From Vulcanimicrobiota bacterium (lineage in GTDB: Bacteria; Vulcanimicrobiota; Vulcanimicrobiia; Vulcanimicrobiales; Vulcanimicrobiaceae), in the NCBI GenBank assembly GCA_963701255.1, contig OY969579.1, positions 2,669,702 through 2,733,701 on the forward strand: a stretch of DNA of 64,000 nt, in the 5' to 3' direction. A program made the position numbers and the translations under genes. This document shows positions 63,008-64,000 of this stretch, piece after piece; position 1 is the first letter of the stretch, and every line of letters starts with the position of its first letter. The notes beneath the pieces are model-generated. The model was not told the origin of the DNA. It did no database searches and worked only from the letters and a program-made list of their open reading frames with translations.

Positions 63008-64000
63008 CCATGAACTCGAAGCGTACGCTGATCGTCCTGATCCATTGCGGTCATCCCAACGACTACGAGGTGGCCAAGCCCAAGCGGCGGTCGCTCGCTG
63101 AATTCGGCTTTTCGATGGTCGATCTCTCGATCAACGATCCGGGCGTCGTGGGCAAGCTCAACGCGCTGTTGACCGAACGCCGCTCCGAGATATTTTGCTT
63201 TCTCAGCGATAACTACTACGGGGCCGGGATCCGCGCGGGCGAGCAGCTCCTGCACCGGCTGACCGGGATTCCGATCGTCTTCTTTCTGCACGATCATCCG
63301 CTCTATTTCTTAGGCCATCAGTCCCCGGCGCTCGAAGGCGGCATCGTGTTCGCACCGGGTCCAGACTTGCTCGACTTCGTCGCCAAGTATTATCCCGCCG
63401 ACACCCTCGGTGTCGTCAACAGTGCCTTTTCGCTGCCGCCGTATGCGCTGGGGGAACCGCGCTACGAGGAGTTCGTCTCCCGCAAGAACATGTTGCTGTG
63501 CCCGATGAATCTCGCGGTCGGAGGATTGACCCTCGACGGTCTCTGGCGGCAACTCAAAGAGCTGCCGTCCGTGCGGCGTGACTTTGCGCTGCGGCTGACC
63601 GAGACGGCGTTGACCGACTGCCTCACGCCCTTGCACGTCCATGCGGAGGCGCTGGCCCGGGCCGCCGGCCCGGGGCGTAACGAACTCGTGCTCTCCGACC
63701 AATTGCTGGTACTCAATTTCATCAAGGCCTGGCGCCGCAACGCGATGGTCCGGGAACTGATCGACCTGCCGATCTTGGTCAGCAGCGAATATGTACCGGC
63801 GGATCTGGAACTCAAGTATCCCCAGAAGTTCACGCTCTTTACGATGGAACAGACGACGCCGCTCTATCCCCAGTACCGATTCGTGCTCAACTCGTTTCCG
63901 CTGCTGACTTCTGCGCTGCACGAGCGCGTCATCAACGGCCTCTACGGGAATTCCGTGCTCGTCACCGACCCCAACGTGACCATGACGGAACACTTCGCCG
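63004..64000 (+). CDS. hypothetical protein, 3'-truncated by window end (not in ORF track)
   Basis: My own translation from ATG 63004 (ATGA overlap with the FkbM stop) reads MTMNSKRTLIVLIHCGHPNDYEV... with no stop up to 64000. It has G/C-rich third positions and normal composition. The listed - ORF 63310..63993 is its shadow. Confidence 0.7.
   Translation, partial: MTMNSKRTLIVLIHCGHPNDYEVAKPKRRSLAEFGFSMVDLSINDPGVVGKLNALLTERRSEIFCFLSDNYYGAGIRAGEQLLHRLTGIPIVFFLHDHPLYFLGHQSPALEGGIVFAPGPDLLDFVAKYYPADTLGVVNSAFSLPPYALGEPRYEEFVSRKNMLLCPMNLAVGGLTLDGLWRQLKELPSVRRDFALRLTETALTDCLTPLHVHAEALARAAGPGRNELVLSDQLLVLNFIKAWRRNAMVRELIDLPILVSSEYVPADLELKYPQKFTLFTMEQTTPLYPQYRFVLNSFPLLTSALHERVINGLYGNSVLVTDPNVTMTEHFA

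Noticed and set aside
1-64000. Scan for CRISPR arrays, tRNA/rRNA genes, IS/transposase/integrase genes, phage or toxin-antitoxin/defence modules
   Set aside because: There are no short direct-repeat arrays, no low-GC islands and no cloverleaf-like segments in the few intergenic gaps. No ORF has transposase, integrase, nuclease or RT signatures. The ExeA-like AAA_22 ATPase has no adjacent transposase, so a Tn7/TniB-type element is unlikely.

Overview
Very GC-rich (roughly two-thirds G+C by eye) bacterial chromosomal segment from a flagellated diderm (FlgH L-ring and FlgI P-ring are present). I cannot assign a phylum without a search. All calls come from reading the translated ORFs and DNA by eye, with no database search. 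The window has three blocks. (1) 1-14.8 kb is a housekeeping stretch. It is dominated by a long chain of tightly coupled + strand genes (ATGA/GTGA overlaps) that mixes molybdopterin-cofactor genes (moaD, moaE, moeB-rhodanese, moaA) with GNAT, HAD, alpha/beta-hydrolase, rmlC-like, aldo-keto reductase, queG and a LolA-like secreted protein. A photolyase, a B-box membrane protein and an MsbA-like ABC exporter follow. (2) 14.9-34.05 kb is a flagellar rod, ring and late-gene cluster: flgB-flgC-fliE, terminator, a stand-alone Ser/Thr kinase, flgF-flgG-flgA-flgH-flgI-flgJ (rod-binding domain only), flgM-flgN-flgK-flgL-fliW-csrA, fliC, terminator, GT2-TPR-flaG-fliD-fliS-fliT-like. I see three sigma28-type promoter candidates sharing CTAAAGT-N-CCGA, and a flagellin leader with CsrA-type GGA sites. 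(3) 34 kb to the window end (and beyond) is a large glycosyltransferase and nucleotide-sugar island with at least 11 GT-like domains. It includes a divergent ExeA-like AAA ATPase / DUF11-like proline-rich protein / GT2 operon, a tandemly duplicated two-gene GT module (about 4.6 kb x2), and an 829-aa internally duplicated GT. It also has a heptose-type sugar-nucleotide pathway (gmhA, domain-swapped HldE-like enzyme, HAD phosphatase) decorated with a split transketolase, three methyltransferases, a 2OG-Fe(II) oxygenase, an APH-like kinase and three SDR enzymes. I saw no membrane export, flippase or polymerase genes in the island. My best candidate for an undescribed system is therefore a flagellum-linked cytoplasmic protein-glycosylation machine that builds an unusual heptose-derived or chain-extended, methylated glycan, together with the adjacent ATPase/DUF11-like/GT operon of unknown role. 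No rRNA, tRNA, CRISPR, transposase or phage genes were seen. Many long ORFs in the track are antisense shadows typical of high-GC DNA.
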